A DNA stretch of 64,000 bases, taken from Podarcis cretensis. Taxonomy: Eukaryota. Location of the stretch: contig OX638163.1 of assembly GCA_951804945.1 (NCBI GenBank), positions 44,082,001 through 44,146,000 on the forward strand. The letters run 5' to 3'. A program made the translations under genes and the position numbers. Under the pieces are notes generated by a model. It saw nothing but the letters and a program-made list of their open reading frames with translations. It did not search any database and was not told the DNA's origin. Of this stretch, positions 50,926-62,829 are shown one piece after another. Positions within the stretch are counted from its first letter, which is position 1. Every line of letters begins with the position of its first letter.

Positions 50926-51286
50926 GGTAAAGGTAAAGGTACCCCTGCCCGTACGGGCCAGTCTTGACAGACTCTGGGGTTGTGCACCCATCTCACTCAA
51001 GAGGCCAGGGGCCAGCGCTGTCCGGAGACACTTCCGGGTCACGTGGCCAGCGTGACATCGCTGCTCTGGCGAGCCAGAGCCGCACACGGAAACGCCGTTT
51101 ACCTTCCCGCTGGTAAGCGGTCCCTATTTATCTACTTGCACCCGGAGGTGCTTTCGAACTGCTAGGTTGGCAGGCGCTGGGACCGAGCAGCGGGAGCGCA
51201 CCCCGCCGCAGGGATTCGAACCGCCGACCTTTCGATCGGCAAGCCCTAGGCGCTGAGGCTTTAACCCACAGCGCCACCTGCGTCCC
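50926..51286 (-). mobile_element. Sauria SINE, young full-length copy
   Basis: Perfect 14-bp TSD cccatccagcttaa (50912-50925, 51287-51300). Confidence 0.97.
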
Positions 51287-52674
51287 CCCATCCAGCTTAA
51301 TGGAACACTATTCCGTACTTTGCCCCACCCCCACCGCAGCTCTGATTTTAAGATCCCCCAAGGCTTTTAAAGCTCTTCTGTTCTTTGTGGTATTCTTTGA
51401 TGAGCCACTCAAGTCTTTTCCTTCCAAGCCCTATTCAAATAACTTTGTCAGTTTCCATTAAATAAAAATGAAAATCCCTTTAAATTGTTGTCTTATAAAG
51501 GACCCAATCAAATGCTTTACCAATTACCCTTGCCAAGTCCTATTGGATCTGCAGAGGGTCATCAAAAATGGGGCCAAGTTTTGGAAAGATGTTCCCTGGC
51601 CACAGAAGAAAAGGCCATCTCCCACAAACTAGACCAACATAACTCAGGAGGCAGTGGCATGCTGAAGACAGCCACTGATGCTTATCTATGGATATAATCC
51701 TTAAGATAATAAAAAATTTAAAGAGTGTTTGCACTGGAAAGCATCTGTGCATCCCAAGATGACAAAAGCGGTGTTTACAAGTTACATTCAATGTGTGCAT
51801 AATCTGTGTACCTCTGTATACAGATAGTTGAGCTGTACATTTGTACAATTATTTAAGTGTAACATTCAAAGAATACATAATAACTGAGCTGTACAAATCA
51901 ACAAGTGTACAGAGTTTCACATAAACACTTGTACATGTGTAGAGACAGGTTGTACCTGTGTTCAGTGTAGCATGTGAACAAGTTTCCAACACCTTCTTTA
52001 GGCAGTTTTCTCCCTGCGCAGGATAGTGAGAGGCAGGAGTGCCAGCTTGGCCCCACGAACATGGGTGCCCGGGGCTGTGGGTGCCATGCAGTGTGCATGG
52101 CCCTGGCACTGAAATTTGTGGGTGCCTGGCCCCTTCATGGGGAATTTGATGGGTGCTCAGACACCCTGAGCCCCAGGGAGTTGACACCTATGGTGAGAGA
52201 CACACTTCTTTTCCAAGGACACTCATATTTTTGCTTGCCAAACCTGAAGCAGAATGCCTCTGCTGGGTTGAAGTGCCCTTACACAGGAAAGGAGTGATAG
52301 GTGTTTTTTTCTTGGGTCGAAATTCTACAAGAATAAATGCACACTGCATGAAATACTGAAACTTGCTTGTTGCCTCCACCAGAACATTGTCTGGAAAATC
52401 TAGAAAAACCAAACAGGTCATCTCATTTGGCAAAGATCCTCAAAGAAATTTCCTAACACAAGGAACCTTCTCTTCTTGTGAGCCTTGGGCCACTCTATCA
52501 ATTCGACGATGCAACTTCCTGGATAGTACCTGGACAAAGTTATCTTCATTGTTGCATTTGTTCTAGGTTCCAACTTGGTCTATATAGTTATTTGTCTTTC
52601 AGCTACCTGAGTGGAATGTAATGGGGAGGAGAGAAAGAAAGCAAACATGAATAGCAGGTGGGACTTTTAGAAGG

Positions 52675-52822
52675 ATAGGAAGTTGCTTTATACTGAGTCG
52701 TTGCTTGATCTAGCTCAGTGCTGTCTACACTGTCTAGCAGCTGTTTTCCATGGTTTTAGGCAGGGTTCCTTCCCAGTCCTACCTGGATACAGCAGGGATT
52801 GAACCTGGGACGCTCTGCATGA
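52675..52822 (-). mobile_element. Squam2-like SINE
   Basis: ataggaagttgctttatactgagtc..ctagctcagtgctgtctacactg..gggattgaacctgggac. Confidence 0.75.
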
Positions 52823-55199
52823 TCCACTCTTGTGGGATATCTTTTGATTTGTCCTCCCCTTGATTTTCTTCTCTCTCTCTCTCTCTCTCTCTCAAAATGT
52901 TTGGTATTCCGCCAAGTCTGCTGATGTCTTCACCTTGTGCATGGGTGGTGTCATTTAGGCAGCATAAGCAATGACCTTCAGCATCCAGTCACCGGAATCA
53001 GGAATGCACATTAGGAGAAATGTGCATGCAAACACATGCAGACTTACACAAAATGCAAATTGATGTGGAAACAGGGTAAACTGAACTCAAAATTCAGTTG
53101 ATTGCAACCCTATTCATTTGTATAAAGATCTTTTTAAAATTTCGGATTAGAAATTTAATGTTTGTAATTATTTCCGTTTGAAGGACTCAAAGATAGGCAT
53201 CTTGCCTATGTCTGTGAGATCAAGTCTCATAAACCTTTCCGAGATGGAGCCGTGATGGAGAAATGAAGCATAAGCAAAAGCAGAATCACGATGATAAAGA
53301 AAAACATTTCTTCATGCTTCATCCTCAAAGAAACCTTGTAAGGTAAGGAGAATAATAAGGCATAGCAAAACAAAATTGTCCTTATATTAGCGAGGCAAAA
53401 CATAAATTTGGGATGCCTACTAGGCAGAGAATCAGATAAATTCGAAGGCAATGGCATTACTTAGGGCAGACTTTTCTCAGCCTGCAGACCACCATATGTT
53501 GTAACACTCTCATCCACCTCTCAACTCACTACAGCCTCAGCTACCATGACTAATGGTCATGGGTGAAGGGAGTTAAAGGTTAACAGGTTCCTCATCACTG
53601 CCCCTGACAATGCTTACAGAATTAATCTTTTGACAGTTGTGCTTCTTGTTTTAATAAGATCTGGAGGTTTTCATAGATCTGGCTCCAAAAGATTTGCATG
53701 ATTGGGCATTTGCTGGGCCTCCAGGACCAGCAGAGGGCCAGCCTCCCTAACCGTACCATCACTAGTGTAACAAAGGAGATAACTTGCAGCCAAAGCTTAT
53801 TCTCAGTCCACACAATAATGAACCAGTTGAAATAAACCATCACCGAAGAGTTAAAAGATTAAGCATTTTAATGAATGTAGTTGGGTAGCATGTCCCAGAG
53901 CCACTAGACACACAGCAATCTTTATAATCTAAAACCATGCAACTTGATTCTGAGAAGCATGTCAAACATTTAATATGATATGAAGGAATATGTACAATCC
54001 TCTTCTGCCCCTTCAACACAACATTTTGTTAACCATTTTGAAACCCTGTTAGCATCCCTCACAGATCCTGGAAATTGACTTCCAACTCAGCTTTGAAAGA
54101 AATTCAACAAAGTTTAAGCCAAGTGTAACTGACTTTTTTTTTTGTCCCGGAGGCCACATTCAACATTGCCTAACTTTCTGGGGGCCGCATGCCAGTGGTG
54201 GGTATGGCCAAAAGCCCCCCTTCTCAGATGATCCATGCAGTACAGCTGAGGAATAAGGTTATATTATCACACCCATCTCACAAACCATCAATCTAATGAC
54301 CAAGTGATTAATCAATCTAATCAATCAATCTAATGACCAAGTGATTTGCATCACAATCAGTCCACTGGGCTGCGTCCACTTTTATTTTAATTTTCTCCTC
54401 CACCACCAAAAAATGCCCCCCCCCATTTGTTTATTTATTTATGGGAGGAAGCTGGTGAAACCCCAAAGTCAGGGGTTAGTCACGAAGCCACAATGCAATC
54501 AGCTCTAAAACTTCCAGGCAGCCGATCAGATCGAAAACTTACTAAGAGAAGAAGCTTGGCAGTCATGGCTTCCTTATAATGGGATATGTGACAAAAGGGG
54601 GGAAAGGGCTGTAATAAATCAGTTCCCAGGACTCTCCATTATAGGAGGAATAAAGCAGAGGCAGTAACACAATAATTTATTGCCAAATAAGTTCAAAACA
54701 TCACAATTTGGGACTTCAAGGAAGAATTTAATGTCCAGCTACAGGGAAGCAGACAGAGTTGAGATGCAAGAGGAATTGGTTAACTGCTGAAGAGAGATGA
54801 ACTTTTATGGCGAATGCACAGCTCCTGGGCAAAGAAGAATTCCCACATTGACATGATTCTGAATTCCAGAAGCAACCGAGACCTTCTGGTGTAGCAGCTG
54901 CACCACCACCACCTTCTTCTTGCCCACAAATTTGCCTCCCTGCTTATAATATTGGCCAGTCATTATCATATTGCTTTTTTGCTTTCAGCTGCCACTCACA
55001 ATATTTGCTTATTTTTGTCTGAAGACCCAGGCTTTAATTGCAAAAGCCCTCAAAGGATGATTTCCAAGGCTCTGAAAGAGCCATCTCATTCTGCATTCAG
55101 ATGCCTACAGAAGCCCACAAGCAATATTTTTCCTGTGAGTCCCAGCAATTGACATCCAATGTCTATTTAGCCACAGATAGCTGTAGCCTCATTGTAAAG

Positions 55200-55890
55200 A
55201 CATCCTAGTTGGTCACCATCACTTTATCATTCCAACATGCACAGATTCATTAGATATGCCCAAGTTTTAATATTATGCAAGAGGAAGAAAAAATTCCCTC
55301 TATCCACTTTCTCAAGACCGACCATCATGTTATATGTCTCTGTTACAGCGCCTGGAAACTGGCAGTCAGGTCTTGCATCCACAGCAGTGACCAGAGGAGG
55401 AATGACCACTACATGGAGTGCAGTGAGAAGAAACGCCATGGTCCATCTGCAGCAGCATAATCAGATGCCTTCGTCTGCCCCAGCTGCAACGAAACATGTC
55501 TCTCCCATTTTGGTCTCTACGGCCACAGCAGGTGCTGTAACCTTCTGACCTTTTTACTTCACCCCAAAGGCACTCTTCCACTGTCTCTCAAGACAAATGG
55601 ATGCCAACCAACCAACCGTTACATCATTCCTTATTAGTCTTAAAAGAAGAAGAAACCCTGAACGTTGTAAACACTCTTCACAGTGGAATTTCTCCAACAC
55701 TTTGAATATATTGGTTGTCCTCTTCTGCAAATTTCAGTTTGAATAAAGGTATTATTATACCAGTGGTTTTATTTTTTATCCCTTTCCTAATCACTCCAGT
55801 AATGCATTTCACCTTTTTCACAGCTGCCTCATAATAGATACAGACTTTCATCAAACTACCCATTGGAACCCCAATATCCTTTTTCTGGAC
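55200..55890 (-). mobile_element. CR1 LINE fragment split by an RTE insertion
   Basis: AAVKKVKCITGVIRKGIKNKT..IIIPLFK and ETYNMMVGLEKVDRGNFF are CR1 ORF2 C-terminal peptides. Confidence 0.8.
55348..55617 (+). mobile_element. RTE LINE 3' fragment
   Basis: SAWKLAV...AFVCPSCNETCLSHFGLYGHSRCC (RTE C-terminal zinc finger), (CCAA)n tail, TSD gttaca. Confidence 0.85.
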
Positions 55891-57723
55891 AGTTCAGTAA
55901 TTGGCTACATGACATTTATCTTTTGAAGCAACTGTTTTAAGGTCATATGTTCACTAGCTGCAAAAACATTTGCAGTGAAAATATATAGAACCCATACAAC
56001 AATGAGGTGGTTTTGCTGATTGCTTCTCAATACCAAGGTTCTATGCAGACAGCCTAGTGGGATATGCCTAGGGTCTTGAACTAAAGCCTATATTGACTGT
56101 AGCTGTACAATGTTCAGCTTATACTATAAACTTTGTGGAAATAAACATTCAATTAACCCATCACTTGGAGTGCATAAAGCCTTTTAAATGCATATGAAAG
56201 AATTTCAGGCTCTGTCTTTGTATAGAACTTGTTGTCGCACAGTTAAGTTATTGCTCTTCTCACTATTGGCATTAGTTACTATGGAAACTATATATATTTC
56301 AAAAAGAAGAAAAGGGAGAGAACTGAAGGGAGAGTGAAAAGCGAGTCTAAAGGTTTTTTGTTTTTTTAAAAAGAAAAACAAAGGGAGGGGGCAGAGAAAT
56401 ACGTGATACCAACGGAATGCAATGGAATGAAACTTATTTTTTTCACTCTGCTTGGAATCATGACTCTCATACACATGGAAGTAATTCAGGACATCCTGTT
56501 ATCAAGTGGGCACTGCAGCCCTCACACCTCCAACTCTAAAAAAATCATCATAAATAAGACTGAGATGATTTTAAGCACATTGCACCAGTTATTGCTTCAA
56601 TGATTACGGCTTCCCATGGCTTAAAAATGCAACTAAAATTCAAGAGCAACGTTACACAAATTGTGATCTACGAATAAAAATGTACCCTTCTAACCATGAA
56701 CAGTGATTTACTGCGTGTTTCACAGCTCCTTCCCATCATTTTTGTAGTCCCAGGCAGCCTGCTAAACTGGGAGGTTCATCAAGTCCCTGCTGAGCTACTA
56801 GGCCAGGGATAGGATTCTTTCTTTTTTTCTTTTTGTTTCAGCAGCCTAAGGATTGGATTCCCTTTCCAAAGACTCTTCTGGGGGGCACATGTAGGGATGG
56901 TGGGATCAAACCATTTCAGTTCTCTGTTTCTTGTTTTTCCATTCCTGAATTCAGTCCTTCACATTTCTGTAGGAATATGGCTTTTTTTAAAAAAAATCCT
57001 GCCAAAAAATCATCAGCATTGTAGTGCATATTTATCCCAATATTCACATTTTTGCAAAGCAATTCCCCCTGACTCAGTGCATTTTTAAAAAAAATAAAAA
57101 AGTTATTTTCACAAATATATGCAGTTTTGTACATACTTTATCATAGTATATTTTGTACACATTAATTGGCTAGTACTGCAGAATTTGGTGAAGTGTGACT
57201 TTTGAAGGATGATTGTGTTTTGGGTCATATATTTCATTGGCAAGTGTGAATTTTGAGCTTTAAATGTAAAAAATAAGAAGAAAGACACAAAAAGTCAACT
57301 TTCCAAGCACACCACCCATATTCCTTCTTCCATACAATCAGGAGGGGTTATCACAGTGTGACGACAAATTCTAGACAAGCAAGAACATTCAAGTGGGTCT
57401 TGTAGCAAAACCAGTGAGAGTTGTGGCCTGGAGAAAGGATGTGTAGCCTAGGGAAAGTAACAAGGGGTCTGGAGGGCCACATCCAGCTCCCATGCTTGAC
57501 ACTGGTCCTAGAGGCACTGTAACCCAGTAGTGGAGCACAAATTAAATCCCTGCCATACTCAGACTTGAAAGAATCAGGGAGACAGTGATGAGCAAGATCA
57601 TTCTCTCTAAGACCTTGGAGAGCAGCTGCCAATCAGAGAATGCAATACTGGGGTAGATGAACAAATTTTCTTACCTGGTGTTAGCCAGCTGGTATAAGTC
57701 ACAAGTTCCTATGATCCTCTATG

Positions 57724-58096
57724 CAGTGCCGGATTTAGGTTTGATGAGGCCCTAAGCTACTGAAGGTAATGGGGCCCTTTATATGTCCAGCTGTCCTTTG
57801 TCAACAACAAATTGTCGCTGTTTTTTTGTGTTGAATATATGCTGTATACTTATGGACCTAATAGGTATCTAAAGCCATTTGCACATAACAAAATATGTAT
57901 TTTATCAAAGTAGTTGTTGAACTGAAATACAATTAAGAAGAAGTTGCTGTATGTAGGTTTTATTTTATTTGTTTTTTATTTTATATTTTGGAAATGTACA
58001 TCCAGGTGTTTTTTTCCTTGAATTTTTTTGGGGGGCCCCCAGGAGAGTGGGACCCTAAGCTATAGCTTGTTTAGCGTATATGTAAATCCGGCACTG
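57724..58096 (-). mobile_element. hAT MITE, CAGTGCCGGATTTA family, intact 373 bp
   Basis: Perfect 14-bp TIR cagtgccggattta/taaatccggcactg; TSD cctctat(g/a). Confidence 0.93.
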
Positions 58097-58733
58097 CCTC
58101 TATAGTTGGTGGATTGCTTTCAGCTTGATAGGTCAGTGGTCCCAGGGTACAGGCAAAAGAGGCCTCCACTTTGCTGATGCTTAAGTAGGTCCAGATGTCT
58201 CCAGCGTTTTGGTGGGAGACTACCTAGGAACCATAAGGAAGGCACCTTGGGTTCCAAGACAGAAGAAAGATGGGCTATAAATGTGAAAAATAATAATAGT
58301 TAAATAATAATTAGGTAGGCCTGCTCTAAAATAACATTAGGCAAACATTTTCAATGATGATCACACCTCAGCCTTCTTTTTTTAAGGGTTCCCTTTTCAA
58401 AGGATTCCTGGAGTATAGTAGAACATGCACCAATTACTCACATCAGGAGCCTTTTGTTAAGACATCACGTTTAGCCTCTGAAATCTCTAATACTTACAGT
58501 GCCAAAATATACAATGCACTCTCAGTGCATATACTCTCACTCTCAGTGAAAATTCAAAAGGGCCATTGTTGTTTTGTGGGGGCATAGCCCCAACTAGTAG
58601 CAGTTTGGCACTGACACTCACCTCACTTGCAGTCAGTTGCATCATTGCTACTTACCAGGAGGAAGAGGGGAAGTGGTGAGACAGCAGTGAGGCTGGTGCA
58701 GTGAAAATGAACCAGTGGAACCAATCTCTAATA

Positions 58734-58975
58734 CAGTGGTATCTCAGGTTACATACGCTTCAGGTTACCTACACTTCAGGTTACAGATTCTGCTAACCCA
58801 GAAATAGTGCTTCCGGTTAAGAACTTTGCTTCAGGATGAGAACAGAAATTGTGCTCCGGTGGCGCGGCAGCAGCTGGAGGCCTCATTAGCTAAAGAGGTG
58901 CTTCGGGTTAAGAACAGTTTCAGGTTAAGTACGGACCTCCGGAATGAATTAAGTACTTAACCTGAGGTACCACTG
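58734..58975 (+). mobile_element. Tc1/mariner (Tigger-like) MITE
   Basis: TA-cagtggtatctcaggtta...taacctgaggtaccactg-TA; internal cttcaggtta repeats; sister copy at 62588. Confidence 0.92.
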
Positions 58976-60018
58976 TATTCTAAGTTTTGCAAGAAGGATT
59001 TGCTTCCTCATAAATCTTCTGTTCAAAGAGGTCTTTGGAAACTTATGTGTCTGTCAAATTTCCTTCAAGTTCCTCCCACAGACACCCCCCCCCCCCGGTG
59101 ATACCTCCAATATCAGTGGGATTGATTTAAAGCAGTGATATTGCTTAAGTCTGTAGTCACACTTGGATTCCTAAAGGGAAGGAATCACTTTGAATGTTTA
59201 GATACTGGGTTTTCCTGTCCCTCCTCTCTAGAGAGGCTTTCTTTTTGTTTTCCAAAGAAGCTTTATAAGCACTATTTAGAGTGAGGCAGGATATATGAAT
59301 CAGTGTTGACTGCACTAAGTCAGTTCTGGCCTAGCTGCATAAAAGTCTGATGGGTCCACCCAAGATGCAGAACTAGTGAAAAGCAACGCCTCTGTTTGGA
59401 AGAGATATGAGCACATATACCAATTAAACTCTACCCAACCAAAGGAGGATGAAAAAGAGTCTGGGGAAAGGCTTTGAACATATTGTTGGGTCTTCAACAA
59501 TTCAAGCTTCCTCAGCTCCTCTAGCATTAAATTTTGAACCACTTTGCACAGCCAGCTTCAACCTCCCTTAAGAATGTGTGTTACTCATCACACAAAACAA
59601 TAAGATGTATCTATCATGTTCCTACCTCATTTTTATTTGTTTATTGATTTCTTTATGCTTATTACAAATCTTTGCCTTTGCAATAAAAGGGTGAGGACAA
59701 ACCACTGCCAAAAATTTAAATGAAATCCTTGCAGTAAAGATAAAACGAAAAACCAACATATGTTTCAGAAGAGTTTTAGAGAAGTGTAAGGATACCAGGG
59801 CAGAAGGCTTGGCACAACTGATGATGAGGTGGGGGAAATGATTCTGCTTTCAGGAGCAAAATGCCCATGAGCTGACCGATGCATACGCTTATTCTCTTGA
59901 TATCACCAGCTAGTAATACATCTCTTTCCCTTGTCCTAGCAGTAGTGAACCCAGACCAAGGGGCTGAATGTGGCCCTTCAGGCTTCTCTGTCTGGCCCCC
60001 AGAAGTCTTTCTAGGTGA

Positions 60019-61394
60019 GCAATGAGTGTAAAAAAGGTCAATATGAGTGGGAGGTGGATAACATATGGGAACTTAATAATTAGAGAAGGGGGCAAATGGA
60101 AATTGAAACCATATGAAGAAGTAAAAGAATATGTTAACAATTGGTTACATTATTATCAGGTCAATGAAATATTTAAACAAGATGTTAAAGAAAAAGTTTT
60201 TTTTGAAAAAGAATCAAGGTTTCAACAAGAAATATTGAATAATGAGTCAAAAAATTTGTCCAAAATGTACAAATTGCTGCTTGAATGGCATACGAAAGAT
60301 GAGGAGGTTAAATCGGTTATGATTCATTGGGCCAAAGACTTTGGGTATAATATACAATTGAATGAAGAAGAAGAAGAGAAGAAGAGTTTGGATTTGATAT
60401 CCCGCCTTTCACTCCCTTTAAGGAGTCTCAAAGCGGCTAACATTCTCCTTTCCCTTCCTCCCCCACAACAAACACTCTGTGAGGTGAGTGGGGCTGAGAG
60501 ACTTCAAAGAAGTGTGACTGGCCCAAGGTCACCCAGCAGCTGCATGTGGAGGAGCAGAGACGTGAACCCGGTTCCCCAGATAACGAGACTACCGCTCTTA
60601 ACCACTACACCATACTGACTGGATAAAATTATGGAAAGAAGGTTTAAATTTCACTGCATGTAATGCATTAAAAGAGAATGTGATGAAAATGATGTATAGA
60701 TGGTATATTACACCAGTGAAGTTAGAAAAATGTGTAAAGTAAGTAATAAATGCTGGAAATGTAAGGAAAAAGAAGGAACATTTTATCACATGTGGTGGGA
60801 GTGTAAAAAGGTGAAATGCTTCTGGGAGACGGTATATAATGATTTTTTAAAAATGTTGAAATATACATTCATAAAGAAACCAGAAGCATTTCTTTTAGGT
60901 ATTGTGGGAAATGATATAAATAAAAAGGAAGGTAAGCTTTTTTTATATGCAGTAACAACAGCAAGAATATTATTGGCCCAAAAATGGAAACAAGAAGAAT
61001 TACCAACGATGGAAGAATGGAGAATGAAATTAATGGATTATGCGGAATTTGACAAATTAACAGGAAGGATCCGAACCTGGTGGGACCAGAAGTTCACCGA
61101 GGACTGGAGTAAATTTACAGACTATTTGAAAAGTATTTGCGATGACCAGACAACGTTTGTAGGTTTGCAAGAAGCTCTGTGAAGAATTAATATTAGAAAT
61201 ATTGTAAAAATGAAAAAGGAGATAGGAGATATGTTATTAATATAAGGCAATATTAAGTTAGGAAATGCGTAAGAAGTGATTAAGACGGAGGATTATCAGA
61301 GGAGCTGACGTAAGTCTAATAAGAATGTATTTGTGATAAATTGTGTGGTATGTTTTATAATTTTGTAATTTAAAAATTAATTTTTAAAAAAGGA
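60019..61394 (+). mobile_element. 5'-truncated L1 LINE (ORF2 C-terminus and 3' UTR), young
   Basis: CWKCKEKEGTFYHMWWEC zinc knuckle, ARILLAQKWK; ORF2 stop at 61182; A-rich tail; 18-bp TSD agaagtctttctag(g/a)tga (60001-60018, 61395-61412). Confidence 0.95.
60366..60618 (-). mobile_element. Squam3-like SINE inserted in L1
   Basis: Minus-strand A-box TGGTGTAGTGG, B-box-like GGTTCACGTCT, (CTT)n tail; its removal restores the L1 frame (..IQL-N-D-WIKLW..). Confidence 0.93.
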
Positions 61395-61899
61395 AGAAGT
61401 CTTTCTAGATGACAACCCATCCCAGGCAACAGCCTTCACTTGCCTTTCTTCAAACTTTCCCTGGATTCTTTTGCTTGACTAGAAGGTGTCTTAGTACTCT
61501 GATAATGCCTCTTGTTTGCCTGGAAGGAGGGCAATATTTACACTCATCCCTCTGACTCTGGCCCTCCCCACCACTAGCATGTGGCCCCTGGAAAGATGGT
61601 CAGGGGACAATGTGGTTCTCAGGTTTAAAATGGTTCCCTATCCACGTCCTACCCAATATGCTGTTTACATTTTCTTTCTTTTTTCAATTACTAGTGCTCA
61701 ACTTTGATCGCATTACTGGAAGTGTTGGTTTACCACCATATGGACATCTGCTCCCTTTGCTTGATCACTGTGATGCCATTCCATATATGCTCTGGATTTA
61801 TCAGTAATGGAAGGATTCTATGATGGCTTGCAGCATAGCAGATTTCTTTTACTTCCCTCTCCCTCCTGTTTTCTTCCCCCTGCTACATCTTTTGTCATT

Positions 61900-62080
61900 G
61901 CAGCCGCCAAAGACTCCCAAGCAATCTGCCTTGTGGTTATTTGACTAACATTGAAACTATCCGAGAACGTTCCTTAAAGCCTACAGATTTCGAGCACAGC
62001 TGCAGCAGTGTCATTATTAGCTGCACATTTTGTGGTAAACAGTGTAAACAATGAAGCAATCGTGAGGATTAGATCAGGAA
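61900..62080. promoter_or_regulatory. Candidate enhancer-like unique sequence with tandem FOX sites and overlapping SOX site
   Basis: GTAAACA at 62035-62041 and 62044-62050, AACAATG at 62047-62053; non-repetitive, retains CpGs; motif evidence only. Confidence 0.25.
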
Positions 62081-62427
62081 TTTACATTTCCAGGCACTTA
62101 AATGACAAAATTAAAGGGATTCTCCTGAGAACAGATGCAATATCCTCATTCTCAAGGCAAGTCAGCACAAAGTCATAAAAATCATAATCATATAAGCTGC
62201 TATCAAAGACACTGAGGGCAAAACTTCCCAATAGCGAGTGTCACTTTTGCTGGCTAGTGGTGCTCCATAGACTTATTTGTTCATTTGTCTCTAAATAAAA
62301 AGTTTTTTTCCAGTATTTGTTGCAGGTTCTGGACACTTTACCACTCACCTCTTTCTAAACAGCACCTGATATTGTTGCCTGTTCTGGAAGCCAAAATTGC
62401 AGTGTGGGAGGAGCAGGAAAAATACAC

Positions 62428-62490
62428 CATGAGAAAGAAAAAGAGAAAGAGAAAGAGAAAGAGAAGGAAAGAGAAAGAGAAAAAGAGATT
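62428..62490. repeat. GA-rich low-complexity tract, (GAGAAA)n
   Basis: Direct. Confidence 0.9.
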
Positions 62491-62587
62491 CAAAATAGGA
62501 AGGAATACCACCCTCTAATACTTCAGCATGATAGCAATATGGAACAACATACATTTCCCAGATTTGGGGCTTACCAAGCTGCCATTA

Positions 62588-62829
62588 CAGTGGTACCTCA
62601 GGTTACATATGCTTCAGGTTACATACGCTTCAGGTTACAGACTCCACTAACCCATAAATAGTACCTCGGGTTAAGAACTTTGCTTCAGGATGAGAACAGA
62701 AATCGCACAGCAGTGGTACGGCAGCAGCAGGAGGCCTCATTAGCTAAAGTGGTGCTTCAGGTTAAGAACAGTTTCAGGTTAAGAACGGACCTCCAGAACG
62801 AATTAAGTACGTAACCAGAGGTACCAGTG
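62588..62829 (+). mobile_element. Tc1/mariner (Tigger-like) MITE
   Basis: TA-cagtggtacctcaggttac...gtaaccagaggtaccagtg-TA; colinear with 58734-58975. Confidence 0.92.

Larger units (their letters stand above)
59935..61645 (+). mobile_element. Old hAT-type MITE split by the L1 insertion (halves ~59935-60018 and 61395-61645)
   Basis: Joined halves resemble 32670-33008. Confidence 0.5.

Noticed and set aside
52430-52562. Minus-strand protein-like frame NKCNNEDNFVQVLSRKLHRRIDRVAQGSQEEK
   Set aside because: No polypyrimidine acceptor, weak donors and no recognisable homology.
58734-58975. CRISPR-like array of cttcaggtta repeats
   Set aside because: Irregular short subterminal repeats of a TA-flanked MITE in a eukaryotic genome; no regular spacers or cas genes.
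60022-60618. 198-aa ORF as a novel gene
   Set aside because: It is L1 ORF2 reading fortuitously into an antisense SINE, in a 5'-truncated promoterless copy.
60540-60618. tRNA genes at A/B-box-containing segments (also 15919, 26238, 32040, 39003)
   Set aside because: They are SINE heads continuing into SINE bodies and tails; no complete cloverleaf.
62285-62661. Lys/Arg/Glu-rich ORFs
   Set aside because: Translations of a (GAGAAA)n low-complexity tract.
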